Assembly: GCA_016748015.1 (NCBI GenBank)
Contig: JAAOMT010000648.1
Coordinates: 186,001-250,000 of the forward strand
Direction of reading: 5' to 3'
DNA: 64,000 nt
Origin: Geosiphon pyriformis uo1
Lineage: Eukaryota; Fungi; Glomeromycota
Below the pieces are notes generated by a model. The model made no database searches. It saw nothing but the letters and a program-made list of their open reading frames with translations, and was not told the DNA's origin. How positions within the stretch are numbered: position 1 is the stretch's first letter; each line of letters opens with the position of its first letter. Below, one piece after another: positions 36,463-48,622 of the stretch. The translations under genes and the position numbers were made by a program.

Positions 36463-38765
36463 TTTTTTTTTTTTTTATTATATTTTAACGAGCAAGACCC
36501 AAATACTACTTAAAACTATAATATCATATAAGAGATTACATTATAGGCATAAATCATGTATTTTCTATATGTGATCAGACATTCAGCCCAATCAAGGACT
36601 CACTACGCTAAATCAAAAATAGGTGAGAATAATCCCAACCCACGAATTCTCTCAATGATACTATTCAGATTCCTAGAGTCAATAATAAACTCACTAAGAA
36701 ACAATCTAGTAGACTCAATATTGCCTCTGGTTTTAGCACCAAACATACGCCACAAAGCAATAACATGCTCAATAGTATCTTCACTTAAAAAGGAAGGCTT
36801 AGCAGCCAGCATACTATCATAATCCATATTACCAAAGTCAACCTCAGATCTAAGACAAACAATGTCCTTGGAGACCCCAACCAAGAGATTAGAAAAATTG
36901 TTAGCAGCACTTTTCATAGAAATGAGATCCTTCTTGACCTGAACAGCCTTAGCAGCATTATCATCAAGAAGACAAGACATCAAAGCAACCAAAGAACCAA
37001 TAGGCTTAACAATAGACTTAACCAGAGCAGCCAAATCCAAAATTTGCTTTTCCAAAGAGTCCAATCTAGAACCAACAGCAGGATCAGCAACAGAAGCAGC
37101 CAAAAGAACCACCAAAAAAGGAAACTCAGAAAGACCAAAAGGAGCAGCAGTCTTGGCATATGAAGCAGAACCCACAAAATGAGACTTGAAAATCTTGGGA
37201 ACCTTGGGAGTGGGAGGTGAGAAAATCTTGCAATCCATGGCCAGATGGCCCATTTCTTGACACCTAAAGCAGCACCGGCAGCCAGGAGTTTCCCACCAGA
37301 TATGGCATTTTCTTAGAGTACCAGTCTTGACTACAGCAGAATTCAAATCACCTTGAGAGTCAAATATAACCAAAGCAAACCGGAAATGACGACCAGAATC
37401 AAGAGAACAAGAGATGAAACATGTTCGACCACCAATCTGAGAAATCATATTACTGATTTTAAAGACAGTACAACCAAAGGGAAAGTTGACCAATTTGGCC
37501 TTAAACTTATCACAAGACAAAATAGTCTTATTTTGATTCACCAAAGGGAGGATTCTAACACTATCCTTGCCCATCAAGACTGACCAATGCTTCAAAGCAG
37601 ATACAGCAGAGTCCAACTTTTCAAAATAAACCACCACGTACTGCCAAATGCCAGCAGGCTTTAGCACAACATGAGCAACACTACCAAACACACTGAGAGC
37701 CAACTTAACATCAGCAGCAGACACACTCAAAGACACATCATGCAGCGCAACAGCAGCAGGAGAGGAACCAGATTCAGAAACCACCAAAGACTTGGCAATT
37801 TTGAGAGTAGCCAAACGAACAGAGCTTGTAAGCTCAACCAGAAACGCAGCTTCCAAAGATTGTTGAGAAGCAAACTCCACACAGAAAAGCTTTACATTGT
37901 TTTTTAAAACAGATTTAGCACCCAAGAAACCATGCACAGACTGAAAAACAGCCTTAACATGAGCCAATTTGATCCTAAAAGTAACACCAAGCACCAGAGT
38001 AGAGACCATCTACCCAGCAAACCTTTGACAACTAGTAATAGTTTTTCAAGCACCACCAGAAGTAGCACCAGAAACTAAAAGAGGAGATGAATCAGTTTCC
38101 ATTTGATCAGCCCAGTTCTCAAGAACAAGTGACCCAACAGAAGAAAATTGTTTTACTTCTAAAACTGGTGATGATCTGCCAGAAAACACCACATTTGACA
38201 ACACAGCCAGTGGTTGATCTTGATCTATCTTAGATGACATGCCAGATAATATTATAAAGATCTCATCCAAGATCTCATTGGGAACCACAAAGGGGTTCAG
38301 TGTAACAATAGTAGAGGCAAGTGACTGCTCCCACTTTTCTGAACTTCTGGTCTTTTTGACCATTTTTTTTGAAGAGATGGTACTAGAAACACCAGGTGTT
38401 AAATCTATAGAGGAGAAGACCAGCTTATTCACTGGTCTATTATTAAAAACTTTTGGGCTCTTGGTTGGAATGGAGGCAACACTGGGACTAACCCAGGTGT
38501 GTCTCTTTGAAGGGACTTTGACTGGTAAGAAACCAGCCAAAGATGAGAAAGTTGCTTCAGTGGCTACCAAAGGCAGCTTATCATGATTACTAAGTAGGGG
38601 GAAGGCTTCTAAAACGTTTTGCCTAGTTGCTTCTACAACAGAGAGAGCTCCTCTGGTTGAAATTTTATTAGATATCTCAGGACAGATATCAGGTGCAGCT
38701 CTTTTACTCTTTGCTCTGGTTGTGGTCATAAAATTAAGGAGACAAAAAGTTTTTGTTAACTTTTT
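36463..38765 (-). mobile_element. Full-length ORF1-only non-autonomous retroelement (HAL1-like), 2.3 kb, with TSD and poly(A)
   Basis: Direct repeat ATTAAGAGTT at 36453-36462 and 38766-38775; poly(T) on the plus strand at 36461-36476; 36-nt 5'UTR, a single ORF, and a 3'UTR of about 125 nt carrying the LINE-shared motif; no RT or EN sequence. Confidence 0.88.
36603..38729 (-). pseudogene. ORF1/gag-like protein (about 708 aa; RRM-like regions, CCHC zinc knuckle, coiled coil) with two premature stops
   Basis: ORFs 38046..38729 and 36603..38009 are in frame, separated by TGA and TAG at probable Trp codons. Contains the knuckle CFRCQEMGHLAMDC, and WSVLMGKDSV shared with ORF1 at 316..1356. Confidence 0.85.
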
Positions 38766-39699
38766 ATTAAGAGTTATTTAAATATTTTTAATAATAATTG
38801 AGCTAATGAGCTGACTGAAACAATTACTAGTTTTTCTTTGTATTTTTTTATTAAGATTTTGGAAAAATATTTTATGATTAATAGATTGGCAATATCTAAT
38901 AATACTTGTTATTTTATTCGAAATATTTACAAGAAAATTACTTGTGTATATTAAAAAGTAAGTCTTAGTACAAAAATTATTGCCAGCTTTCTTATTTGTG
39001 AAATTGATTAAATTTAGATAACTATAATTTGGCATCTTAATTTTTATATTTTGGCTGGTTTTATTAGCAAAATTATGGCTAGTGTTAAAACATATATAAT
39101 AAAAACCATACATAAAAGACTTTTAATTGCTGTTTAAAAGAGACTATATAACAAGTTGTACTTTAGTGTTCTGTATTTATTTTATAAAGAAGTGAAATTT
39201 TTTGATCATTTATTCATGTATTTAAGAGATACAGACAAGCAAAAAAAATTAATTATAAATTATATTAAGTTTTGATTATTTTTGACAAATAAGAAAGCAC
39301 TTAGATTTTTTTTGTATTATAGTCTTTTTTTTTTGTTTTTTAGACATTGGATTATATACAAAAATGTTGTTTTTAAAATTTGGTTTAAAAATATTTTGGT
39401 AATATATATAATAGTAAAAAGACAATTTTCATATTAGTGAACTTTTTTTATTATTTAATTAAACATTACTATTGTAAAATATAATTAATTAGAGTTAAGC
39501 TTAAAGCAAAAGTAAAAAAAATTGAATTTATAAGTATTAATAAATAAAATAAACATATCATTCTTAATAGAATTAAAAAATTTACTAACAATAAATTCTA
39601 TAATTTATAAAAATAAATAATTTAAACAAGTATATATAACTTTATATTAGATATTAATATTAAAAAAATACATATCAATTTTGACAGAGCTTAATCTTA

Positions 39700-40170
39700 A
39701 AAGAAAGATAATATTACTTAATAAAAATTAACAAAAATCAAAAATAATAATATCATAATATATTAATATATTATTAAATAATAATATAAATAGTACAAAT
39801 TAATGAATAAAATTAAAAAATATAATATATATATAATAGTATATAAAACATATACAAACATACTTAATTTAATACAATTATAAATAAGTAAGCCAAAAAA
39901 TGTTTACAGTTAAATAGAAGACTTAATAGTTTAGCAATTACTTACTAATTAGTTAAAATAAGCAGAATTATATATAACTTGAAATATATATATATATAAT
40001 AGCTTTTAATTAAAAAAAACAGACTAATAAAAAGTCAATTAGATAAAAATTAAAAAAAAAAGGCAAAAAAATTAAATTATAATTCCAATAAATGCTAAAA
40101 AATGTGTCTTTTTAGTTTTATATTATAATATTCACTAATATTAAGATTAGTAAAATTAAAAATCGTCTTT
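39700..40170 (+). mobile_element. Possible degraded pogo transposase N-terminal (HTH) relic
   Basis: Eroded ...KEKAK... at about 40050 and ttcact...attagtaaaattaaaaatcgtc (F...ISKxKNR) at 40131-40168. Confidence 0.3.
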
Positions 40171-43100
40171 CTTTATAATTTAGACTTCAAAAAAAACTGT
40201 CAAACTTTTTATTGCTACTTTTTATTAATAAAAACAAAAAATATCTAATATAACATTAGAATATAGATGAAACTTAAGCTTAATAAAATTAAAAACACAT
40301 TAGAAAAATATTAATTATATATAATTGCATAAAATTTACTTATAATAATACTTTAGCCAAAATTAATAATTAACTTAAAAATTTAGAATGACTTTTTCAT
40401 GTCTTGAAAAAATAATCTCTGATTAAAATATTTTTAAATACTAATTTTTTTAAATTCTGTTTTTTTTTAATTTTTAAATTTATTAAAAATAGAGTATTGC
40501 TTTATTATAAGTAAAAAAATACAAATATTTAGTATTAATATAATATAAAAAAAATATATCTACAAAAGCCTTAAAAAAAACACAATCAGAAATATATAAA
40601 TATAACAAGAATTTTATTTAAAAGATTAATATAGCAGTAATTACTAACAGTAATTTTAACAAAAATATCACACAACATATTAAATTAAATAAAAAAGCAC
40701 TTATTAGAAAAAATTATTTAATACTTACTAAAAGTTAGGAAAAACTTACCAAAATAACTTTTAGATCCTTAAATAAGAAAAATAGTAATTTATTAAACAA
40801 AAATTTAGCATAAATCAAAAATGGCTTTCTACAAAATTAATATACTTATTTATATATTATAATTAAATAATTTTCAATATTATTATTTAATCTAAGACTA
40901 TATTAAAAATTAATTCTAATATAATTTTTAAAAAGAATATACTTATAATAATATTTAGATTAGCATCAAAAAAACGTTTTTTAATCACCATAAATATTTA
41001 AAAGATAAAAATCATTATTTAAATGTTAATTTATCTAATAAAAAATATTACTAACCTAAAATTTAAATATTAACTTAAACTAATTAAGAACCAAATTTTT
41101 AAGATCAAGTTTTTTTCAATAATAAAAACTTTTTTAATCAAAAATTAACTCTTTTTTAGTATAAAACTATTTATAAAAAAACAATATTAAAATTTCTTAA
41201 AAAAGCAAAAAACACTATAAAAAACCAAATTTCCCAAAACAAATGATATTAAAATGTTATCAAAGAAACAAAATACAGAGAATAACAAATTTACAAAGAA
41301 AATATTATAATTCAGAAAGATTTTTATTATGCTAACCAAAAAATTGTTAATTGGATTGACTTTTAATTTTATAGAACACAACAAAAAATGTTTAAAAAAT
41401 TAATTTAATATTTGTAAATCTAATAATTTGTAATTAAATAAATAACCAAAAACACTCTTATTATTTAAAAAACTCATTATTGCAGTCATTTTATTCTTTG
41501 TTTAAACTTGCTTAAAAGTTTTTAAACTATATAAACATAAATAGTAAACAGTTTTACTAAAAATTTTTTTTAACATATTAACTTTTATTTTTAAACTTTT
41601 CTTAATTAACATATTTATATTTTATAGACAAAATTAAACTAAATTCTATAATTAGAAATAAGCTATAATATAGTTAAGTCTAAATAAAAAAACTGTTTAT
41701 TTAAGATAATTTTTTTCAAAATTATCAAAAAACTTGATATCCAAATAAATTATAATTAAACTGGATTTAAATAAACTTCTTAAAAACAAAAAATATCTAA
41801 ATATCTATAAGTTTTTTTTTTGTACAATAAAAATTAGTAGATCACTAATTGATAAAAAAGCTTTTCTAATTTTCTGATTGATAAAAATAGCCACTGTTTT
41901 TTTATTGTTAATTAAAATATTATTGAGTTTAAAAAACTTGGTTGCAATATTTAGTATATATTATATACTAGTTTAATTATTTCTTACAAATAGTATTATT
42001 AATAAAAGTATTAGCTACCAAATAAAAAGCCAATCTAATTTGGCTTTTGATCTTGTTAGTTTAGATAACAAACTTAATATTAATGTAATAATTACACAAA
42101 TTCTTATTTTTTTTTACTTTGCATAATAAAAAATCATAAAAATTTTTCAAAAGCAATAAGAAAAAAATCTCATTCTAATTCAAACTATTATGTACTTAAT
42201 ATTTTTTAATTAATTAAAAATTTGTTATAAATTAATTGATTTTGTTATTATAAATATTACCAAAAAATTTTATCAACTATTTACACATTTTTATATAAAC
42301 TAAACTATTTTTTAAATAATATTAACTAACAAAATTATATGTTTTTTACATATTTTGCAAGATCAGTTAAAGTTCACAATTTTTTTTAAAATGTTTTTTA
42401 TCATTAAATTTATTATAAATATTGAAAACTAAATAATAATATTTTTTAAAACAAAAAAATTGTTATTATAAAAAACATTAAATTTGCTATAGATTAAAAA
42501 TATTTTATTTGAGAGAATTTTAAAAAAATTTTTCCAAATAGTTTTAATTAAACTAATAAGTTTAATATTAATTAAAATATTTTTTTATTTATATAATTTT
42601 AAAATCATAGAAATCTAAGTTTTTTTTTAATGTTAAGAAATAGACTTATAATTTAAACAAAAATTTAACAGATTTAAGAACATTTCTAAAATAAATTTAT
42701 TATAATGCTTTTACAATTTATTAATAATATTAGACAATTTAATAGTTTTTTTATTGAGCAAATTTTTAATCATATATTATATTTTATTATAAATAATAAT
42801 ATCTATAACTTTAGAAAAAGTATTATTATTAATATATATTAGAAACATATATTAAGAGCTTTACAAGTCAGAAATATTGTTTAATATCAACTTTTTTTTG
42901 TTTAACTTTCTCTAATTATATTAATATTAAATATAATTTTTCTAAAATTTAAAACCAGTTTATTATTAACAATCAAGTAATTTAAAATAATTTTCTAAAA
43001 TAGATACTTTAAAACATTTCTAATTGTATAATTTTTATAATAGTAAAACTTTTTATTTGTTTAATAATAACAAATTTAATATTCAATTTCTTAGTTTTTA

Positions 43101-44650
43101 AAAACTCAACAAACTTAAAAACATGATAAAATTTCCTAATATCAAATAAAACAGACCTTATATCATTAAAATCAGCACCAAAATTTAACAAAACTTGAAT
43201 ATTTAAAGTTTTATTACAATTTAAAACATTTAGTAATTTATTAAAGAAATTAATTTGTTATTGAACTCTACTTGTAAAGATTTGACAATTTTAAATACCA
43301 AAATTTTCAACTTATAAAACTTTGAAAATTTTTTGGTAAAAATAATATTATACTTTTTAAATTATTTCTTTTCAAATATTTTGTTGGCTAAAAAACATAT
43401 TATTTTTAAATAATATTCTATATTATGTTTAGATCTAAAAAATTTTTAGCAACAAAAAATTTTTTAAAATATATTATAATATTAACAAATATAATATCTT
43501 TAAATTGATTTTATTTAATATTATTAATATTCTTAAAATTAAACTTTTAATAATTTTTATTGATTTGTTTGTAAAAAAAATTCAATCATATATTTAACAA
43601 ATCATCCAAATTTACAGAAATAAAATAGCTTAATGGTTAATATTAAAGTATTTACTAACATTTAAAATATTATAATTAACTACTATATTAATAAAATTTA
43701 AAGAAATAAATACATAATTAATTGTTTTTTTAATACTTTTAAAATTTTTTTACATTAAAGCTTTAATAATCAAATTTCTTAACAAAAAGTTGACTAGTTT
43801 TAGATTAAGACACTTTTTAAAATTAGCATATTTATAAAAACTATTTTTATTAAAATCACTATTCAAAACTACAAAAAAAATTTATTTACAGTTTTTATTA
43901 TTAAGAAATTAACACTAGCTTGAACCAAATATGTTGTCAATACAGTACTAACATATAGTTCCAAGATTAAAACAGAAAGCTTATTTTTAAAAAGTAATTT
44001 GACAAACAAAAACTGATTAATTACTTTAAAAACTTTGTATATATATCTGGTTAATACAATGTTTATAATAATTATAATATTAAATTTCAAGTAATTAAAC
44101 TAAAAATAAAAACTTGTATATCATCAAATTTGTTAACTATCTATAAATATACTTTGTTTTTTAACATAATTTTAATAATAATAATAATTAAATTATTTGA
44201 TTTTTTGTATTATAAAATAATATCTTCTTGTTTAATAAGATTGTTTATTTTTTATATTATATATAGCAATTTTTTAAACTAAACTAATTATTAAAGTATT
44301 AAAAAAAAACATATTCTGAATCAAAGTCAAATTATTAAATTTTATTAATAAATTTATAATTGAATTAAACAAACTTTCTAATTAAGTTTTTAATTTAACT
44401 ATATCTAAAAATACTAAATAACTTAGCTTTATAGCAATTTTGTTATTAGTAAATACATTTGAATTTTTTATTATTATTTTATTATTCATTTAATTATATA
44501 ATAAGAAAGTTACTAGCAGCTAATATTCAAAGCTAAACTAAAAAATTATTAACACAAATGCTTTTAATTTCTTAGTCAACTTATTAATCTGTTTTATAAG
44601 ATTAATAAAACTGCTTTCAATTTTGACAAACTATTTTTTCATCTTATTAA
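40170..44650 (-). mobile_element. Degraded LINE (end of ORF1 plus ORF2 APE, RT and RNase H), truncated
   Basis: Eroded ORF2 start (SLV*KIAI) at about 44290; ORF 43869..44090 FVKLLFKNKLSVLILELY is APE-like; NTFINNTI at about 41990-42015 corresponds to AFVDDTI. Confidence 0.7.
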
Positions 44651-44689
44651 CAATTATTAAAGAAGATTTAACTTTGTTTAAAAAATTAA

Positions 44690-46560
44690 ACTAAAAAAAA
44701 ACACCAAAAAACATCTGAAAAAAAGATTTGCCAACTATAAACACCCAAAATTTATTACTAAAAGCTATTAAATAAATAATAAATTTTTTTTTTGTTTTAA
44801 ATAATAACAAAAAAAGCACATTAATTTTTGGCCAATTTTTATCAGTTTTAAATTCAAAAAATATTATGTTTTTGAATGTGTTTTTATTTGATTAATTTTT
44901 TAAGTTACTTAATTTTAAAAATTAAGTTAACAAAATAGAAACTAAACTATTTTTTCTTTTTTTATTCTCTAATATTGTCTTTAATAATACTTAGAAAACT
45001 ATTACTAATTGTTAAAAATTTTTTAGATAGATAATTTTTATTTTAATATTTAATATTATATTTAAAATTAAATAGATTTTAGTCAATTTTTTGTTTTATC
45101 TGTTATCTGATTTTGTTGAACTCAAATTTGTTTCTAAGAATAATATTAAGTTGTTTTGTGTAAAGTTTGTTTTTAAAATTTTTTTGATTGCTATTATCAA
45201 AATTTTTATTAATAATTCTTTTTTTTATTTACTTTTAAAATTGCAAAATTTTTTGTAATGGCTTTTGGCTTTGTTTTTTCTATTTTTATTATATTTCATA
45301 ATATTTTTCTTGATATATTTTTTAATAATATCAAAAATATTTTTGGTGTTTTTGGTATTATTATTTTTATTAAGTTAAAGCTTATTGGTTTATAACAATA
45401 TACTATTATTATTTTTAAAATTTTTTTTCTGTTGCTATTGCTTTTAATTGCTAATTTATGTTAATAAAAAAAAACAATATTTGGATTTTTTTTTATTAAA
45501 AAAAATTATTATCTTAAGAAATATATTCAAAACCAAATTAGTTAATCTTTTTTTCAGTTATACTATTTTGAAATTAATAATATGATTTTTTAATTAGTAA
45601 TTATACTTGTTTTATTCTTTGTTTTTTTAATTTTTATTATTATTAATGCTTTGTTGTTATAATATTTGGTTTTTATAAATTTTTGAATCTTGTTATTATT
45701 AAAATTAGTACTTTATATAAATATTATATTTAATTAAAAATTCTTAAGTGCTGTTATTATTATAAATATTAAAATTTAAACTTCTTATCTATTAACTACA
45801 AAATATTTACTTTTTTGTTTTTAAAATATTTTTTAAATTTGTTATTGGCTTTAAGTTTTTGTATTATTTTTAATTAATAACAAATTTTATATTAAAGTTT
45901 TTACTTCTTTGAATTTTTTTTTATTGTTTTATTAATTACTTTTATTGTTAATCTTGTTAATAAGATTAAATTAAATTTCATAAAACTTTAAATCTCAAGT
46001 TTAACTGCTTTAATTAAATTTGTTATTAAGTTTATTGGCTTTTTAATTGCTTTAATTATCTTTTTTTTGAATAAAAATATATGCAAACCATTTTAAGTAA
46101 AAAAAATTAGTTATATACTAAGTATTGTTAACAACTTTGCTAATATTCTGGTTGATATTTTTAAAAACATTGTATATCTTAGGTTTAAAGTAGATTTTGG
46201 TAGTATAAACTATAATAAAATATTAATTAATAAGTCTTTTTTTTGAATAAAAATATTATTCAGCATATAATTACTTTATAATATATATTAAATTCTATTA
46301 TAAGAGATAGTATTAAGACAACTAAATTGTTTTTTAGTAATTTTATTTTTAACTCTAAAAATTTAAATAGTATTATTAAAAGAATTAATAAACTTGATTT
46401 ACTTTTGACTTTTTCTGTTTTAATATAGTATTGTCTTAATTGATTTAAATAATTAATTATATATAAAAAAAATATAAGCATATTTAATTATAAACTCTTA
46501 ATTTGTTTATATATACTAAATAATAACTAAACCATATTTATTAAATGTTTAATAAAAAAT
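44690..46560 (+). mobile_element. Degraded copy of the ORF1-only element family
   Basis: 44989-45175 and 46167-46400 align with the 36603..38729 ORF. An eroded version of the shared 3'UTR motif follows directly at about 46438-46490. Confidence 0.65.
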
Positions 46561-46875
46561 ATATTTAAATAATATTAATAATAATTAAAATATTTTTAAA
46601 AAATAATTTTTATTTTAGTATTATTAATTTTTTAAAATTAAAATAAATTAATAATATAACAATAAAACTTTTTTTTTCTTAATTTTATAATCATAATCAA
46701 AATAAAAAATAAAAACTAGATCTTTTTTATCTTTTTTATTATTTATAATTTTTTTATTAATAAAGTATTAACAGTAATAAAAATTACTTAATAATATTTT
46801 ATAAGAATACTTGTTTTAAATAAAGTAGTAATTAATTAGCTTTTTATTATTTTAAAAACATGTTTTTATCTTGTT

Positions 46876-48622
46876 TAAAAGTTTTTTTTTAAAGTAGCTT
46901 ATTTAAAATAGTTTTAATGATTATTATTTTCTTTTTTATTGTTGTTTAAATGACCAAAAAAGCCAAAATAATTAAAAAATAAATATTTTATATTTCGACT
47001 ATATTTAATAATAACTTTTTTAAAATACTAAGATTTTTTTTTTAGTATTTTTGGTAGTTTTAGTGTTTTAAAGTTTGTTTCTCTTTTTATAAAAAATAAA
47101 ACTTTGATTTTTTCTGTTTTTTTTTGGTTTTTTTGTCAATTTTGTATGATTAATACCAATATAATATCCAGTTTTATTATATTATAAATGGAAAAAAAAT
47201 TTTTATTTTAAATAATAACAATAAAAACATATTGACTAATTTTAATTTAAATTAATTTTTAATTAATTTTTATCAGTTTTAAATACAAAACAAAACATGT
47301 TTTAAGTATGTTTTTAACTAATTAATTATTAAGTTATTTTAATTTTAAAGAATAAACTATTTTAAATAAAAACCAGATAAACTATTTTTTTTGTTTTTTA
47401 ATATTATTTTTGGTAATACTTAAAAAAAATCATTTATTATTAAAGTTTGCTAAATAAATAACTATTACTTTAATGTTTAATACTTTTTTTAAAATTAAAT
47501 TAGCTTTTATTAAAACTATATTTTAGTTTATATATAAATTTATTAGCATTAAGTCTTTGTTTAAAAATAATATAAAGTTTTTCTGTATAAAAATTATTTT
47601 TTAAGCTTTTTTAAATACTGTATTTTAAGCTAAACTTACTAATTTTGTTTTTTATTTTATTTTTAAAATAGATAGGTTTATGGTAATTTTTAAGTTTTTT
47701 TTTGTTATTATTGTTTTATATAATGTACTTTTAAATATATTTGTAATTAATATTAAGACAATTTTTAATATTTTTAGTAAAGTTTTCAAAAATTTATTAA
47801 AGTTTATTGGTATTTAGCAATATAATATTGTTTATTTTAAGTTTTTTAAAATATTTATTGATGTTTTAATATGTTAATTAATTTTAATAAACAAAAATAA
47901 TATTGGAATTTTTTTTTGTAATATATTTAAAATTAAATTAGTTAATTTTTTTCTTAATTGTTTAATTTTTGAAATTAGTAAGCTGGTTTTTTAAGTTAAT
48001 AATTATATTTGTTTTATTTTTTGGTTTTTCAATTCTATTAAACAGCTTTAATATGTAATTACTTTTAGTTTTAAAAATAATTTAAATATTGTTATTATTA
48101 AAATTAATACTTTAAAAAAGTATTATATTTAATAAAAAACACTTAAGTGTTGATAATATTTCAAATATTAAGATTTTAATTATCTGGTTTTAAGTTATAA
48201 AGTAATATTATTTCATTTTTCTAGATTCTTGTCTTAATTTAATTTTTTAGAAATTTTAAATTGTATTTTATTAAAGCTAAATTTTATGTTATGGCTTTGT
48301 TTCTGCTTTTTTAAATTTTTTTGTTATTAATTTTTTAGCTGTTACTGTTATTATTGCTGTTAACTTTCTGATTGGTTTTTATTTGGCTTTTTTGGAATCC
48401 AAATTAGATGTTTTGGCTTTATTAATTAAGTATATTGTTAAACCAATTGGTGTTTTGGTTACTCTAGTTATTATTTTATTAAACACTCCTTCTGTTTTGT
48501 ATAAAGAGCTTGTGTCTGATTACATGTAGAAAGTGCATAAATCGTATCTAATTTAGGTCACTTAGTTAACGTATTGTATTATATAGTGGTTGGACTTACA
48601 CGTTAAATAAAAAAATAAAAAA
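46876..48622 (+). mobile_element. Degraded, shorter variant of the ORF1-only element, with the conserved 3' motif and an A-rich tail
   Basis: 47563-47604 aligns with 37904-37863; LESKLDVLALLIKYIVKPIGVLVTL at 48390-48470; 3' motif gtgtctgattacatgtagaaagtgcata at 48512; cgttaaataaaaaaataaaa tail at 48601. Confidence 0.7.

Larger units (their letters stand above)
26653..39545 (+). mobile_element. Near full-length degraded LINE (ORF1; ORF2 with APE, RT and RNase H), split by a pogo insertion and an ORF1-only insertion
   Basis: The ORF1/ORF2 junction tctcaATAAttgattatatttggaaatttgcaatatgtaatgtt at about 28582 matches 330-290 on the minus strand. RT motifs LDQSEVF (about 30708) and FVDNI (about 30875; ancestral FVDD). 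The reading frame rejoins across both insertions (VSY|YMQFSF; KIKS|YLNI...ANEL, i.e. RNase H KVKGHSG...ADEL). Confidence 0.8.

Noticed and set aside
36545-36590. CTGA...GAAA in the shared 3' motif as a possible hammerhead ribozyme
   Set aside because: The CUGANGA core is incomplete and the three stems could not be identified.
39433-39455. TAGTGAACTTTTTTTATTAT resembling the pogo TIR
   Set aside because: It reads in frame as the eroded LINE ORF2 C-terminus (ILVNFF...IRVKLKAKVKK), and no partner TIR was found.
27671-46481. Short Ile/Lys/Phe/Asn-rich ORFs in the AT-rich blocks
   Set aside because: Chance-open pieces of hypermutated transposon frames, not genes.
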